Assembly: GCA_035063585.1 (NCBI GenBank)
Contig: JAPSGB010000004.1
Span: forward strand, 64,001-128,000
DNA length: 64,000 nucleotides
Source of the DNA: Polyangiaceae bacterium
GTDB lineage: Bacteria; Myxococcota_A; Polyangia; Polyangiales; Polyangiaceae
Direction: 5' to 3'
The position numbers and the translations under genes were made by a program. The notes beneath the pieces are model-generated. The model was not told the DNA's origin and did not search any database. It was given only the letters and a program-made list of their open reading frames with translations. Below are positions 1 through 9,513 of this stretch, piece after piece (within the stretch, counting starts at the first letter, position 1; each line of letters opens with the position of its first letter).

Positions 1-800
<800 letters not shown>

Positions 801-807
801 CTTCAAT

Positions 808-1794
808 CTACCTTCTTCGTTGGGGGTTTCGGTCGTGTTCCGGGCGCGTTCCGAGCACCCAAAGCCAGCCGATGTGCGCGTCGGGGCCGCTCCGCGGATA
901 GGGCGGGATCTCTCCGAGCGCAAGCTCCGCGAGCCCGGCGTCCTCCGCGAAGCCGCGGAGCTCGTCGGGGGAGAAGCCGAGCCAGACGTCCGCCTGCGCC
1001 TCGCGCATCGCGTCGTCGTCGTGGCGCGCGTAGTCGATGACCAGCACGCGCCCGCCGGGGCGCGCGAGCCGCGCGAGCTCGAGGAGCGCGGGGCGCGGGC
1101 GTGGCGCGTGGTGGAGCACTCGCGCCGCCACCACGAGGTCCGCTCCGGGGCCGAGCGCCGCGCGGACCGCGCGCCCGTCGAACGGCTCGAGGACCAGCTC
1201 GACGTTATGGTAGCCGCGCGCATGCACCCGCTGGCGGGCGCGAGTGAGCTGCGCCTCGCTGCGGTCGACGGCGACCACGCGATGGAAGAGCGGCGCGAGG
1301 AGATCGAGGAGCGCGCCGTCTCCGGTGCCCGCGTCGACCGCGAGCTCGCGCGCGGGCAGCAGCGCGCCGAACGCGGCTAGATACGACGGCAGCTCGGGCG
1401 CCAGCCCGATCTCGCCCGACCTCGGCTCGGCGAAGAACTCCCGCGCGCGCGCCTCGCGCTTCTGCACCACCTCGGCCACCCGCGCGAGGCTCCCGTCCTC
1501 GACGCAGAGCCTCCGTCCGGCGCCGAGCGCGTCGATGATGACCGGATCCTTGCGCGCACCGCCCGCCAGCCGCACGAAGGTGCGGTTACCCTGCTTGCGA
1601 TCGGCGAAGAGCCCCGCTTGCCGGAGCTGCGCCGCGTGCCGGGACACGTTCGGCTGCGCCTCGTCGAGGAGCTCGGCGAGCTCGCCCACGCCGAGCTCCT
1701 CCTCGGCGGCGAGCGCGAGCAGGCGGAGGCGCGTCGGATCGCCGAGCAGGCGGTAGAGGTGCCACCGCGAGTCGCTGTCGAGGGCCGGCTGCAT
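808..1794 (-). CDS. sahR: ArsR-family HTH fused to SAM-dependent methyltransferase domain (SahR-like regulator)
   Basis: N-terminal [10 protein letters not shown]...[11 protein letters not shown]...QPNVSRH ArsR motif; C-terminal [11 protein letters not shown]-binding motif and LHHAP; lies 7 bp upstream of ahcY. Confidence 0.85.
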   Translation of the reverse strand: MQPALDSDSRWHLYRLLGDPTRLRLLALAAEEELGVGELAELLDEAQPNVSRHAAQLRQAGLFADRKQGNRTFVRLAGGARKDPVIIDALGAGRRLCVEDGSLARVAEVVQKREARAREFFAEPRSGEIGLAPELPSYLAAFGALLPARELAVDAGTGDGALLDLLAPLFHRVVAVDRSEAQLTRARQRVHARGYHNVELVLEPFDGRAVRAALGPGADLVVAARVLHHAPRPRPALLELARLARPGGRVLVIDYARHDDDAMREAQADVWLGFSPDELRGFAEDAGLAELALGEIPPYPRSGPDAHIGWLWVLGTRPEHDRNPQRRR

Positions 1795-1810
1795 CGCGCG
1801 GGGAGTCGTA

Positions 1811-1832
1811 TGCGTTCATGCACATGAACGCA
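1811..1832. promoter_or_regulatory. Perfect 22-bp palindrome, candidate SahR operator
   Basis: TGCGTTCATG-CA-CATGAACGCA, 16 bp upstream of the sahR ATG in an AT-enriched segment. Confidence 0.6.
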
Positions 1833-1938
1833 AGTGCTCACGCAACACACTTGAATCATTCATATTTTGCTGGTTCGGCGCGGAACCGCAAGGGACGGGC
1901 GGCGCGGCCGTCGCGATCCCGGGGTCGAACGACGCGGC

Positions 1939-2505
1939 TTAGCGGCGCTCGTCCCAGTCGAGCAGGATGGTCAGCGCGGTCGCGCTCGCCCCCATGAGCC
2001 GCATGCGCGGGCGCGTCCGCTTCATGAGCAGGAAGAACACGTTGAACCCGGCCTCATAGACGAGGTGATAGAGCGGGTCGTCCGAGTAGGGCATGTCGTG
2101 GACGTGAATCGTCGCCGAGGTGCGCTCGACCTCCACGGTGACGTGCGGGGGGCCGCGCCGGATGGCGCTGAACACGGTCGGGTAGCGGCGAAGGAAGAAC
2201 CCGGGCGAGGTCACGCCGAGCAGGGCGCGAAAGAACCGCTTCATCCCGAGCGTGAGCGCAAACTCGAGAAACTCGAGGAACCGCTCCCGGTCGCGGTCGC
2301 AGATCTCGGACCAAATCGCAGTGACGAGGTCGTGCAGTGCGACCTCGGGGTACCACCCCGACGTCAGCGGCTCCTCGAACACCCGGCGCGTCGCCTCCGG
2401 CAGGGCTGCCGTAACCCGCGCGAGCGCGCCGGGCTCCGCGCGCTCCACGAGCGCGTCGCGCGCCGAGACGAAGTATACCCCCTTGACCTCGCTCGTCGCC
2501 GCCAT
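1939..2505 (-). CDS. Myxobacterial DUF2378-like (H-NOX/V4R-like) protein
   Basis: 188 aa with VKG...L...F.EP...WYP pattern; apparent paralogue at 25806-26363. Confidence 0.6.
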   Translation of the reverse strand: MAATSEVKGVYFVSARDALVERAEPGALARVTAALPEATRRVFEEPLTSGWYPEVALHDLVTAIWSEICDRDRERFLEFLEFALTLGMKRFFRALLGVTSPGFFLRRYPTVFSAIRRGPPHVTVEVERTSATIHVHDMPYSDDPLYHLVYEAGFNVFFLLMKRTRPRMRLMGASATALTILLDWDERR

Positions 2506-2507
2506 GC

Positions 2508-2810
2508 TCAGCCCCCATCGACGAGCTGGCGCGCGAGCGTCTCACCGAGCGCGGCGGTCGCCGCATGGTCCTCGATTCTCGGCGGGACTCCGCCCGCGCC
2601 CGTGAAAGCGATGTACGTCACGCCGCTCGAGGCGCCGCCGGCCGCGCCGCCTCGACCTGAAGCCCCTGAGCGACCCGCGGCTCCCCCACCGCCTGCGCGG
2701 CTGCTCGTTCTGGCGCTGCTCGACGCGCGGTCGCCGGTCGGGTCGCCATCGCTGCTCGAACCGGCCGCCACGGCCAGCAGGGAGAGCCCCGCTAGAGCCT
2801 CTCGTCTCAT
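2508..2810 (-). pseudogene. Possible remnant of a secreted protein or lipoprotein (100 aa)
   Basis: Strong RBS GGAGGAG before ATG 2810; signal-like MRREALAGLSLLAVAAG without a lipobox Cys, then a G/S/A linker and a short tail with no folded domain. Confidence 0.3.
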
Positions 2811-2901
2811 CCACTCCTCCGCCGGCAGGCTAGGCGTTTTCGTAGCGGATGTCACCCAAGCTCCGGCCGCCTGTGCGCGCTCGAGCTCCTCTTGGCCTCG
2901 G

Positions 2902-4239
2902 TCAAGGTTCAGGCGCGAGGGTGGCGGCGAAGTGACGCAAGACCGGCGGCTCCTTCACGATGCGGTAGCCCCGGAGCGAGCCGAGCCGCGCGGCGACCCG
3001 CTCGGCCGTCTCGATGACCCAGTCGACGTGGCTCGCGGTGTAGACGCGGCGCGGGAGCGCGAGCCGCACGAGCTCGTGGCGCGCGGCGTCGCCGAACATG
3101 AAGGAGCCGACCTCGACCGAGCGCACGCCGCCCTCGCGATAGAGCTCGACCGCGAGTGACTGCGCGGGGAACTGGGCCGGAGGGATGTGCGGCAGGGCGC
3201 GGGCGGCGTCGACGAACACCGCGTGGCCACCGGGCGGCTCCACGATGGGGAGCCCCGCCTTGCGGAAGCCGGCCGCGAGATAGGCGACGGTCGCCTCGCG
3301 GTAGCGCAGGTAGTCCGGCTCGAGCGCCTCGTCGAGCCCGATCGCGATGGCCTCGAGGTCGCGCCCGGCGAGCCCTCCGTAAGTGGTGAACCCCTCGGTG
3401 AGGATGAGCAGCGTCTTGAACCTCTCGGCCCAGTCGTCGCGGTTGGTGGCGAGCACGCCGCCGATGTTGACGATGCCGTCCTTCTTGGCGCTCATCGTGC
3501 AGCCGTCCGAGAGCGCGAACATCTCGTGCGCGATCTCGCGCGGCGAGCGACCGCCCTGCCCGGGCTCGCGGCGGTGGATGAGCCAGGCGTTCTCCGCGAA
3601 GCGGGCCGCGTCGAGGAAGAGCGGGATCTGCTCGCGGTCGCATAGCTTGCGTACCGCGCGCAGGTTCTCGAGCGAGACCGGCTGCCCACCGGCCGCGTTG
3701 TTGGTGAGCGTCATCATCACCAGCGGCACGCGCGCGGGGCCGGCGAGCCGGCGCTCGAGCGCTGCGAGATCCATGTTCCCTCCGAAACCGGGCGCATCGA
3801 CGATCGGGATGTCGTCGGCGACCCCGCCCACGTGCTCGAGGTTCGCCCGCGTGGTGTCGAAGTGGGTGTTGTTGGGGACGACGTCGCCCTTCTCGATGAT
3901 CGCCTCGAACAGGATGCGCTCGGCGGCGCGCCCCTGGTGCGTCGGGAAGATGTGCCGGTACCCGGTGATGCGCCGGAGCGTGGTCTCGAAGTGCTCGAAG
4001 GAGCGGCTCCCGGCGTAGGACTCGTCTCCGCTCAGGAGCCCGGCCCACTGGTGATCGCTCATCGCGCCGGTGCCGGAGTCCGTCAGGAGATCGATCGTGA
4101 CCTTCCACGCGGGGAGCTTGAACAGGTTGTAGCCGGCCTCGGCGAGGAGCGCCTCGCGCTCGGCGCGCGTCGTGAAGGGAAGCGGCTCGACGGCCTTGAT
4201 GCGGAAGGGCTCGATGACGGTGCGAAAGGTGTCGTCCAT
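2902..4239 (-). CDS. tnaA: Tryptophanase (beta-eliminating lyase, PLP-dependent)
   Basis: EPFRIKAVEP, IDLLTDSGTGAM, GDESYAGS, THQGRAAE, DAARFAEN, MSAKKD (PLP Lys), EGFTTYGGL; SAKKD and LRHF favour tryptophanase over tyrosine phenol-lyase (SGKKD/LRFF). Confidence 0.85.
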   Translation of the reverse strand: MDDTFRTVIEPFRIKAVEPLPFTTRAEREALLAEAGYNLFKLPAWKVTIDLLTDSGTGAMSDHQWAGLLSGDESYAGSRSFEHFETTLRRITGYRHIFPTHQGRAAERILFEAIIEKGDVVPNNTHFDTTRANLEHVGGVADDIPIVDAPGFGGNMDLAALERRLAGPARVPLVMMTLTNNAAGGQPVSLENLRAVRKLCDREQIPLFLDAARFAENAWLIHRREPGQGGRSPREIAHEMFALSDGCTMSAKKDGIVNIGGVLATNRDDWAERFKTLLILTEGFTTYGGLAGRDLEAIAIGLDEALEPDYLRYREATVAYLAAGFRKAGLPIVEPPGGHAVFVDAARALPHIPPAQFPAQSLAVELYREGGVRSVEVGSFMFGDAARHELVRLALPRRVYTASHVDWVIETAERVAARLGSLRGYRIVKEPPVLRHFAATLAPEP

Positions 4240-4347
4240 GGGGGTGTCTCGCGGCGACGCTGCCCTACGACGGCGAGGCCCGTCAAGCAGCGACGCGGAG
4301 GATGCGCGCGCGCTCCGTGAAGCGCGCACGCGCGGGGTGAGCCCGCG

Positions 4348-6366
4348 TCATTTCAGCGGCGCGAGGGTGACGTCGGTGACCGCCTGGCACTTGATGTCGA
4401 CCGTCTGCCCGACGCTCAGCCACCTGCCGAGGGGGTTCTCGCCGACCCGGGTGTAGCGCAGACCGCAGCGTGTCCGGAGCTTCTGGTTGGCCTGTCCCGC
4501 GGCGATGCCGGTGAGATACACCTCGCCCGCCTCGGCGAAGCGAACCACGAGGTAGCCCTCGTTCACGGGGAGCTTCGAGCCGTCCTCGCCGGAGAGCTCG
4601 CTCGCAGACGCCGCGGACGGCGTCGCCTCGGGCGCGCTCGCGGGCGGCGCGGCCTCGGGCGCGCTCGCGAGCGGCGCGGACGGCGCCGTATCGGCGGCGC
4701 TCACCGGCGGCGCGGCGAGCGCTTCATCGAGCGCGCTCGCGGGCGGCGCGGCGGTCCTCGCGGCCGACCGGAGCGCCAGCGCGCCACCGACCGCCGCGCC
4801 CACGACGACGAGCGCCGCCACGGCGAGCGCAGCGTGAGAGCGACGCTGCGCGGGCGCAGGCCGCGGCACGCGCGGTGGCCCGCTCGCCTGCGATACGGGT
4901 AGCGGCGGCGGGACCGCAGGAGCCGGCTCCGTCACGGGCGGCAGGGCGGCGGGAGCCGGCTCCGTCACGGGCGGCGCGACGGGCGAGGCCGCTTCGGCGG
5001 CTGGCGCGGGCGGCGGTGTCGAGAGCGGCGGCGCGAGCGAGACAGGCGCGACGTCGAAGGACTCGTCCGGCGCGGCGAGAGGTGGCGAGGGCCGGGGCGC
5101 GGTCTTCGCCAGAGTGGGCTTTGGGGGCGGCCTCGACTTGACTCGCGCCGCGGCGGGCGCCGGGGCTTGGCGGCGCGTCGCCGCGCCGGTGAGCTCGATC
5201 GCGGGAGCCGAGGGCACCGGCTCGGTGAGCGACTCGAGCTCGGGCCGCGACGCCCGCATGAGTCCGCCCGGCCCAGCGCGTTCGGCGAGTGAGGCGTAAC
5301 CCTCGTGCCAGGCAGCGAGCCCGTTGCCCATGCCTCCGACCAGCGTCACGCCGAACCCGGCCGGCCCGGAGGCGGTGGCGGTCGCGCCGAAGCGCTGCCG
5401 CCACACGACGCGGCCCTCGAGCCTGACGCGCGCCTTGCTCCGCGGCGGACGCAGCTCGAGCCAGAGCTCGTCCGCCTCGACGGGAGCGAGCGTGCGGACG
5501 TAGAGCCCGTCTTGGCTGACGTTATACGAGAAGCCGATCTCATCGTCGTCCGCGCCGGCGGCGCGGAACCACACGAGCGTCCCGTGCAGCACCCGATCGC
5601 TCTTCCGCCCCGAGTTTCTGCCCTGCTCGGCCAGCTGGTTGGCGGTGAAGAGCACATTCTCCGGTGGCGCGAACGCGCCGACCACCGCCACCTGCTCGAG
5701 GTGCGCGACGGCCTCGGCGAGCTCCGAGAGCTCACGGCGGGGAGCGGTAATGACCCAGCTCGGCGCACCCCGTCGCTTCCGCGACGCCTCGGCCAGCTTC
5801 ACCACCGACTCGAGCTCGGCGCTCGCCACGATCAGGCCGAGCTCCTTCTTCTCCGAGTAGTACTCGAGCGCGCGCGCGTCGAGCGCGAAGCGCACCTCGT
5901 AGCCCGCGTTCGAGAGCACGCGCCCGATGACGTCGCGGCGACCTGCGTCCGGATCGGCGACCACGGCGCGCCCTCGCGCCGGCGGAGGGACGAGGGACTC
6001 GTTCGACGGGGCGAGGCGGAGCCGCGCGATGAGCCCGGCCCACGCGCTGCTCGGGACCACGTCGTCGGCGCCCATGGCGTATAGCTTCGCCACGTACGGG
6101 TCGTCGAGCTCGGAGGCGAGCGCGATGAGCGGCACGGCGGCAAGCTGCTTCTTGCTGCGCAGCTTCTGGCAAGCCTTCTCGACCTTTGGGATGGAAGGCT
6201 CGAACACCACCGCGCGCGGCTCGTGCTGCTCGAGCCAGGTGAGCGCGGCGCCCGTGTCCTCGAGCACGACGAGCTCGAGCTGGTCGGCGGTCGCGATGAC
6301 CCCGAGCTTGCGCTTACGCTCGGCTTCGAGCCGAGCGATGAAGAGGAGGCAGCGCGGCGCCGGCAT
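4348..6366 (-). CDS. Membrane-anchored protein with two atypical REC domains, a PilZ domain, a Pro/Ala linker, a TM helix and a small C-terminal domain
   Basis: REC-like segments (VPLIALA...GADDVV; VVADPD...LSNAGYEV); PilZ motifs RKSDR and NVSQDG; hydrophobic LAVAALVVVGAAVGG; start at ATG 6366 because the longer ORF overlaps the divergent gene. Confidence 0.7.
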   Translation of the reverse strand: MPAPRCLLFIARLEAERKRKLGVIATADQLELVVLEDTGAALTWLEQHEPRAVVFEPSIPKVEKACQKLRSKKQLAAVPLIALASELDDPYVAKLYAMGADDVVPSSAWAGLIARLRLAPSNESLVPPPARGRAVVADPDAGRRDVIGRVLSNAGYEVRFALDARALEYYSEKKELGLIVASAELESVVKLAEASRKRRGAPSWVITAPRRELSELAEAVAHLEQVAVVGAFAPPENVLFTANQLAEQGRNSGRKSDRVLHGTLVWFRAAGADDDEIGFSYNVSQDGLYVRTLAPVEADELWLELRPPRSKARVRLEGRVVWRQRFGATATASGPAGFGVTLVGGMGNGLAAWHEGYASLAERAGPGGLMRASRPELESLTEPVPSAPAIELTGAATRRQAPAPAAARVKSRPPPKPTLAKTAPRPSPPLAAPDESFDVAPVSLAPPLSTPPPAPAAEAASPVAPPVTEPAPAALPPVTEPAPAVPPPLPVSQASGPPRVPRPAPAQRRSHAALAVAALVVVGAAVGGALALRSAARTAAPPASALDEALAAPPVSAADTAPSAPLASAPEAAPPASAPEATPSAASASELSGEDGSKLPVNEGYLVVRFAEAGEVYLTGIAAGQANQKLRTRCGLRYTRVGENPLGRWLSVGQTVDIKCQAVTDVTLAPLK

Positions 6367-6535
6367 GCGAGGCTCCCATCCTAGCCGCCCCCGGTCCTCG
6401 CGCGAAAGCGGCGAGCGCGCGAGCGAGATCGAGCGGCAAATCCCCCGGGGAAATCTCGCGAACCGCGCGGCGGAGGGCGCCTGCGCGGCCCGCGCGCGGC
6501 GAGCGACGTGGTACGCTCGGCGGCTAGAGGTTTTC

Positions 6536-8701
6536 GTGCGCCAAACTCTCACGTCGCTCGCGCTGGTCTCACTCTTCGGCCTGTCCGCCTGCGGTGGCGA
6601 CGACTCGACCGGCGGCGCGCCCGCCCGGGCCACGTCGGTCGCACGCTTCTCGCTCGCCGAGCGCGGCCCGCTCGCATTCCTCGACCTTCCGTTCCCGAGC
6701 GATCTCTACTTGGACGAGAGCGGCCACGCCGACATCGCGAGCCCGGCCGAGAGCACGCCCGCGCTCGACCTCGCGTTCGCGCTCCTCCGCGAGCGGCGCG
6801 GCTTCTGTCGCGGCTGCAGCATCACCTTCCCGATCGAAGGCGCGCTCGAGCCCGAGTCGCTCCCGGGAGATGCCGGGCCGGACAGCGTGGCGAGCCTCGA
6901 CGACGCCATCGTGCTCACACGCGCGGATGGCACCGGGGAGCCCGTCCCACTCGAGGTCGACTATGACACGGTCGACTCACAGATCGTGGTGCGGCCGCGC
7001 TACGGCGTCATCCTCGAGCCGGCGACCGAGTACGTCGCCGTGCTCACCGACGCCATCCGCGCGGCGGACGGGACCGCGCTCGGCCCGGACGACGCGTTTC
7101 GGCGAGCTCGCGACGGCGGCGGAGACGCGGCCGCCCGGCGCGCGCGCGCCGTCATCGCGCCGGCGCTCGACGCGCTCGCGCGGGCCGGCCTGTCGCGAAA
7201 GCGCGTGGTGAGCGCCGCGGTCTTCACCACGGACGACGAGCGCTTCATGCTCGAGGCGATCGCGCGCGAGGTCGCGGCCGCCCCCGCGCCGAAGCTCACC
7301 GTCGAGCGTGTCATCGCGGAGGCGGGCGGCGGCCTCGACGAGCTCCTCGGCAAGCCGTCCGAGGCGCGCCCGGGCACCGACAACCCGCCCTCCGACGGCG
7401 TCGGCACCGAGAGCATCGTGCACGACGCCATCGCCTTCGTGGTGCTCGGCACCTTCCAAACCCTGCGCATCGTGAGCGGCGCAGGCACCGAGATCGGCAC
7501 GCCGCGCCGCAGCTCGGACGGCTCCTTCGACGCAGGTCCCACGCCCGAGACGGTGCCCTACGTGCTGGTCGTCCCGAAGAGCGCCGATCTCGCGCACCTC
7601 CCGGTGGTGTTCGCGCACCCCGGCTTTCCCTCGACCAAGGCCATCGCGCTCCACGTGGGCAACACCTTCGCCAAGCTCGGCATGGCGACGCTCTCCATCG
7701 ATCCGTTTCAAATGGGCCACCGCGCGACGAGCGCGAAGGATGAACAGCTCGACTTCCGCGGGATGCCCGGCGCGGACGGCTTCTACGAGCACAGCGACAC
7801 CTCGGTCGAGCTCCACGTGCTCGCTCAAGCGGGCGCGGCGCCGGGTCACCAGGGTGATCTCGCGTACGTGCTCGGCTTCTTGTCGCAGATGACCAGCGAC
7901 GCGGCCATGAGCGTCAAGCTCATCCGCGAAGGCGACACGAGCGCGGTCGGTGCGGCCGAGCCCGGGCTCGCCGGGTTCGCGTTCGACCCGAGCAAGCTCT
8001 TCTACCTCGGGCAGTCCTTCGGGGCCTCGATGGGCATGATGACGCTGCCCATCCTACCCGCGGTGAACGCCGCCATCTTGAGCGTCGGCCCGCCCGACAT
8101 GATCGAGAACAGCTGCAACGGGCCCGGCAACCGCCCCGGCTTCGAGCTCATCACGGTGAACCAGCTCGGCCTCTCGCGCCCCTTCGAGGAGGCCGGGCGG
8201 CGGCTCGCGATGAACCCCCGCATGAACCTCGTCTCTTGGGCGACCGAGCCGCTCGCGCCGAAAAATACGCTTCGCTATCTCTTCGATCATCGCCTCGACG
8301 ACGCGCCGCCGCCGGACGTGCTCTTCTTCTACGCCGAACACGACGAGCTGCTCGGCCAGACGAGCGGCGAGGAGATCATGGGCATCGCCGGCGTCCCGGT
8401 GCACGGCCCGACCATGCTCGCGAACGTCGCGCCGCTCACCGCGCCGCTCTCAGCCAACCGCCAGACTCCCACCGGCGCCGTCACCGCGGGCGTATGGATC
8501 CACGACTCGAACCACTCGCTCATCCGGCAGAAGCACGTCGAGCTCGACTACCAGACGCCGTTTTTCCCGCCCTTCGAGCGCCTCGCGAGCCCGCTCGCGC
8601 ACGAAAACCCCATCGAGCAGGCCCACGCGCAGATGTCGGCGTTCTTCGCGACGCGACTGGCGAGCGGCCGCGCGCAGATCATCGACCCCGCAGCGCCATG
8701 A
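6536..8701 (+). CDS. Lipoprotein alpha/beta-hydrolase (extracellular lipase-like) with N-terminal Ig-like region
   Basis: GTG 6536 after AGAGG; lipobox FGLSAC; PFPSDLY, LEPATEYVAVLTD; GQSFG nucleophile elbow. Confidence 0.75.
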   Translation: MRQTLTSLALVSLFGLSACGGDDSTGGAPARATSVARFSLAERGPLAFLDLPFPSDLYLDESGHADIASPAESTPALDLAFALLRERRGFCRGCSITFPIEGALEPESLPGDAGPDSVASLDDAIVLTRADGTGEPVPLEVDYDTVDSQIVVRPRYGVILEPATEYVAVLTDAIRAADGTALGPDDAFRRARDGGGDAAARRARAVIAPALDALARAGLSRKRVVSAAVFTTDDERFMLEAIAREVAAAPAPKLTVERVIAEAGGGLDELLGKPSEARPGTDNPPSDGVGTESIVHDAIAFVVLGTFQTLRIVSGAGTEIGTPRRSSDGSFDAGPTPETVPYVLVVPKSADLAHLPVVFAHPGFPSTKAIALHVGNTFAKLGMATLSIDPFQMGHRATSAKDEQLDFRGMPGADGFYEHSDTSVELHVLAQAGAAPGHQGDLAYVLGFLSQMTSDAAMSVKLIREGDTSAVGAAEPGLAGFAFDPSKLFYLGQSFGASMGMMTLPILPAVNAAILSVGPPDMIENSCNGPGNRPGFELITVNQLGLSRPFEEAGRRLAMNPRMNLVSWATEPLAPKNTLRYLFDHRLDDAPPPDVLFFYAEHDELLGQTSGEEIMGIAGVPVHGPTMLANVAPLTAPLSANRQTPTGAVTAGVWIHDSNHSLIRQKHVELDYQTPFFPPFERLASPLAHENPIEQAHAQMSAFFATRLASGRAQIIDPAAP

Positions 8702-8726
8702 CCTCCGCCGGCGCCGCCCGTGAAGC

Positions 8727-9428
8727 TCAGCTCGCGGCGCTGACCGCCGCGATCTGCTCGAGCGCGGGCAGGTCGATGATCGAGATCCGCCGCCCGCGCG
8801 CGACGACGCCGCGCTCGCGCAGCTCCGCGAGCGAGCGCGAGAGCGTCTCGGGGCGCATCCCGAGCACGCGCGCGAGGAGCTGCTTCTGGATGGTGATGGC
8901 CTGGTCACCGAGGCCGGCCACGTGTCGGCTCAAGAGGAAGCGCGCCACACGCTGGGTCGCGCTCCCCTCGAGCGCGATGCGCTCGGCCGTCTGTCGCGAG
9001 GCCTCGCGGAGCGCGAGCGTGAGCACCACGCCCTGCGGCGACGCCATCGGGCCGACCCAGGACTTGAAGTCCTTCGCGCTGAGCGCGCACACCTTGATCT
9101 CGGTGAGCGCGTGCGCCTCGCACACGGAGGGCTCGCCGAGCAGCGCCTCGAGCCCGAGCAGCGCGCCCGCGCCGCGCACCATGCAGGTCCCGGCGGCGGC
9201 GCCCGTGGTCACGCTGAGCAGCACCTGCCCCGAGCGGAGGTACCACGTCGCCTCCGGAAGGCGGCCCTGCTCGAGCAGCACGGTGCCCGCCGGCTTGATG
9301 GTCTCCTTGAACGGGCAGGCGTTCGGCGCCGAAGCGAGCCCGAGGACGCAGGTCGCGCACTCCGATTTCGGCCCCGCGCCGCTCTCCCCTGCCCCGTCGT
9401 CTCCTTGAACCACTGGAAACATCTTCAT
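8727..9428 (-). CDS. Crp/Fnr-family transcriptional regulator with N-terminal Cys cluster
   Basis: CATC...C plus an internal Cys; cNMP-fold (LLGLEAL); HTH LARVLGMRPETLSRSL. Confidence 0.85.
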   Translation of the reverse strand: MKMFPVVQGDDGAGESGAGPKSECATCVLGLASAPNACPFKETIKPAGTVLLEQGRLPEATWYLRSGQVLLSVTTGAAAGTCMVRGAGALLGLEALLGEPSVCEAHALTEIKVCALSAKDFKSWVGPMASPQGVVLTLALREASRQTAERIALEGSATQRVARFLLSRHVAGLGDQAITIQKQLLARVLGMRPETLSRSLAELRERGVVARGRRISIIDLPALEQIAAVSAAS

Positions 9429-9513
9429 AATTGCAACATAGAGGTTCCCCCCTGGAGCCCGCCTGTCAAATGACTTTCGTCAGGTATTGGGGCGCTCGCC
9501 CCCAGCACGCGCC

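Noticed and set aside
1795..1870. SAM/SAH riboswitch upstream of sahR-ahcY
   Set aside because: No recognisable riboswitch consensus; a protein operator explains the palindrome better
4620..4980. Short tandem DNA repeats
   Set aside because: Explained by the Pro/Ala-rich protein linker (PVTEPAPA, SAPEA)
5927..6535. N-terminal extension of the 924-aa ORF
   Set aside because: Overlaps the divergent REC/PilZ gene; the RBS and lipoprotein signal point to GTG 6536
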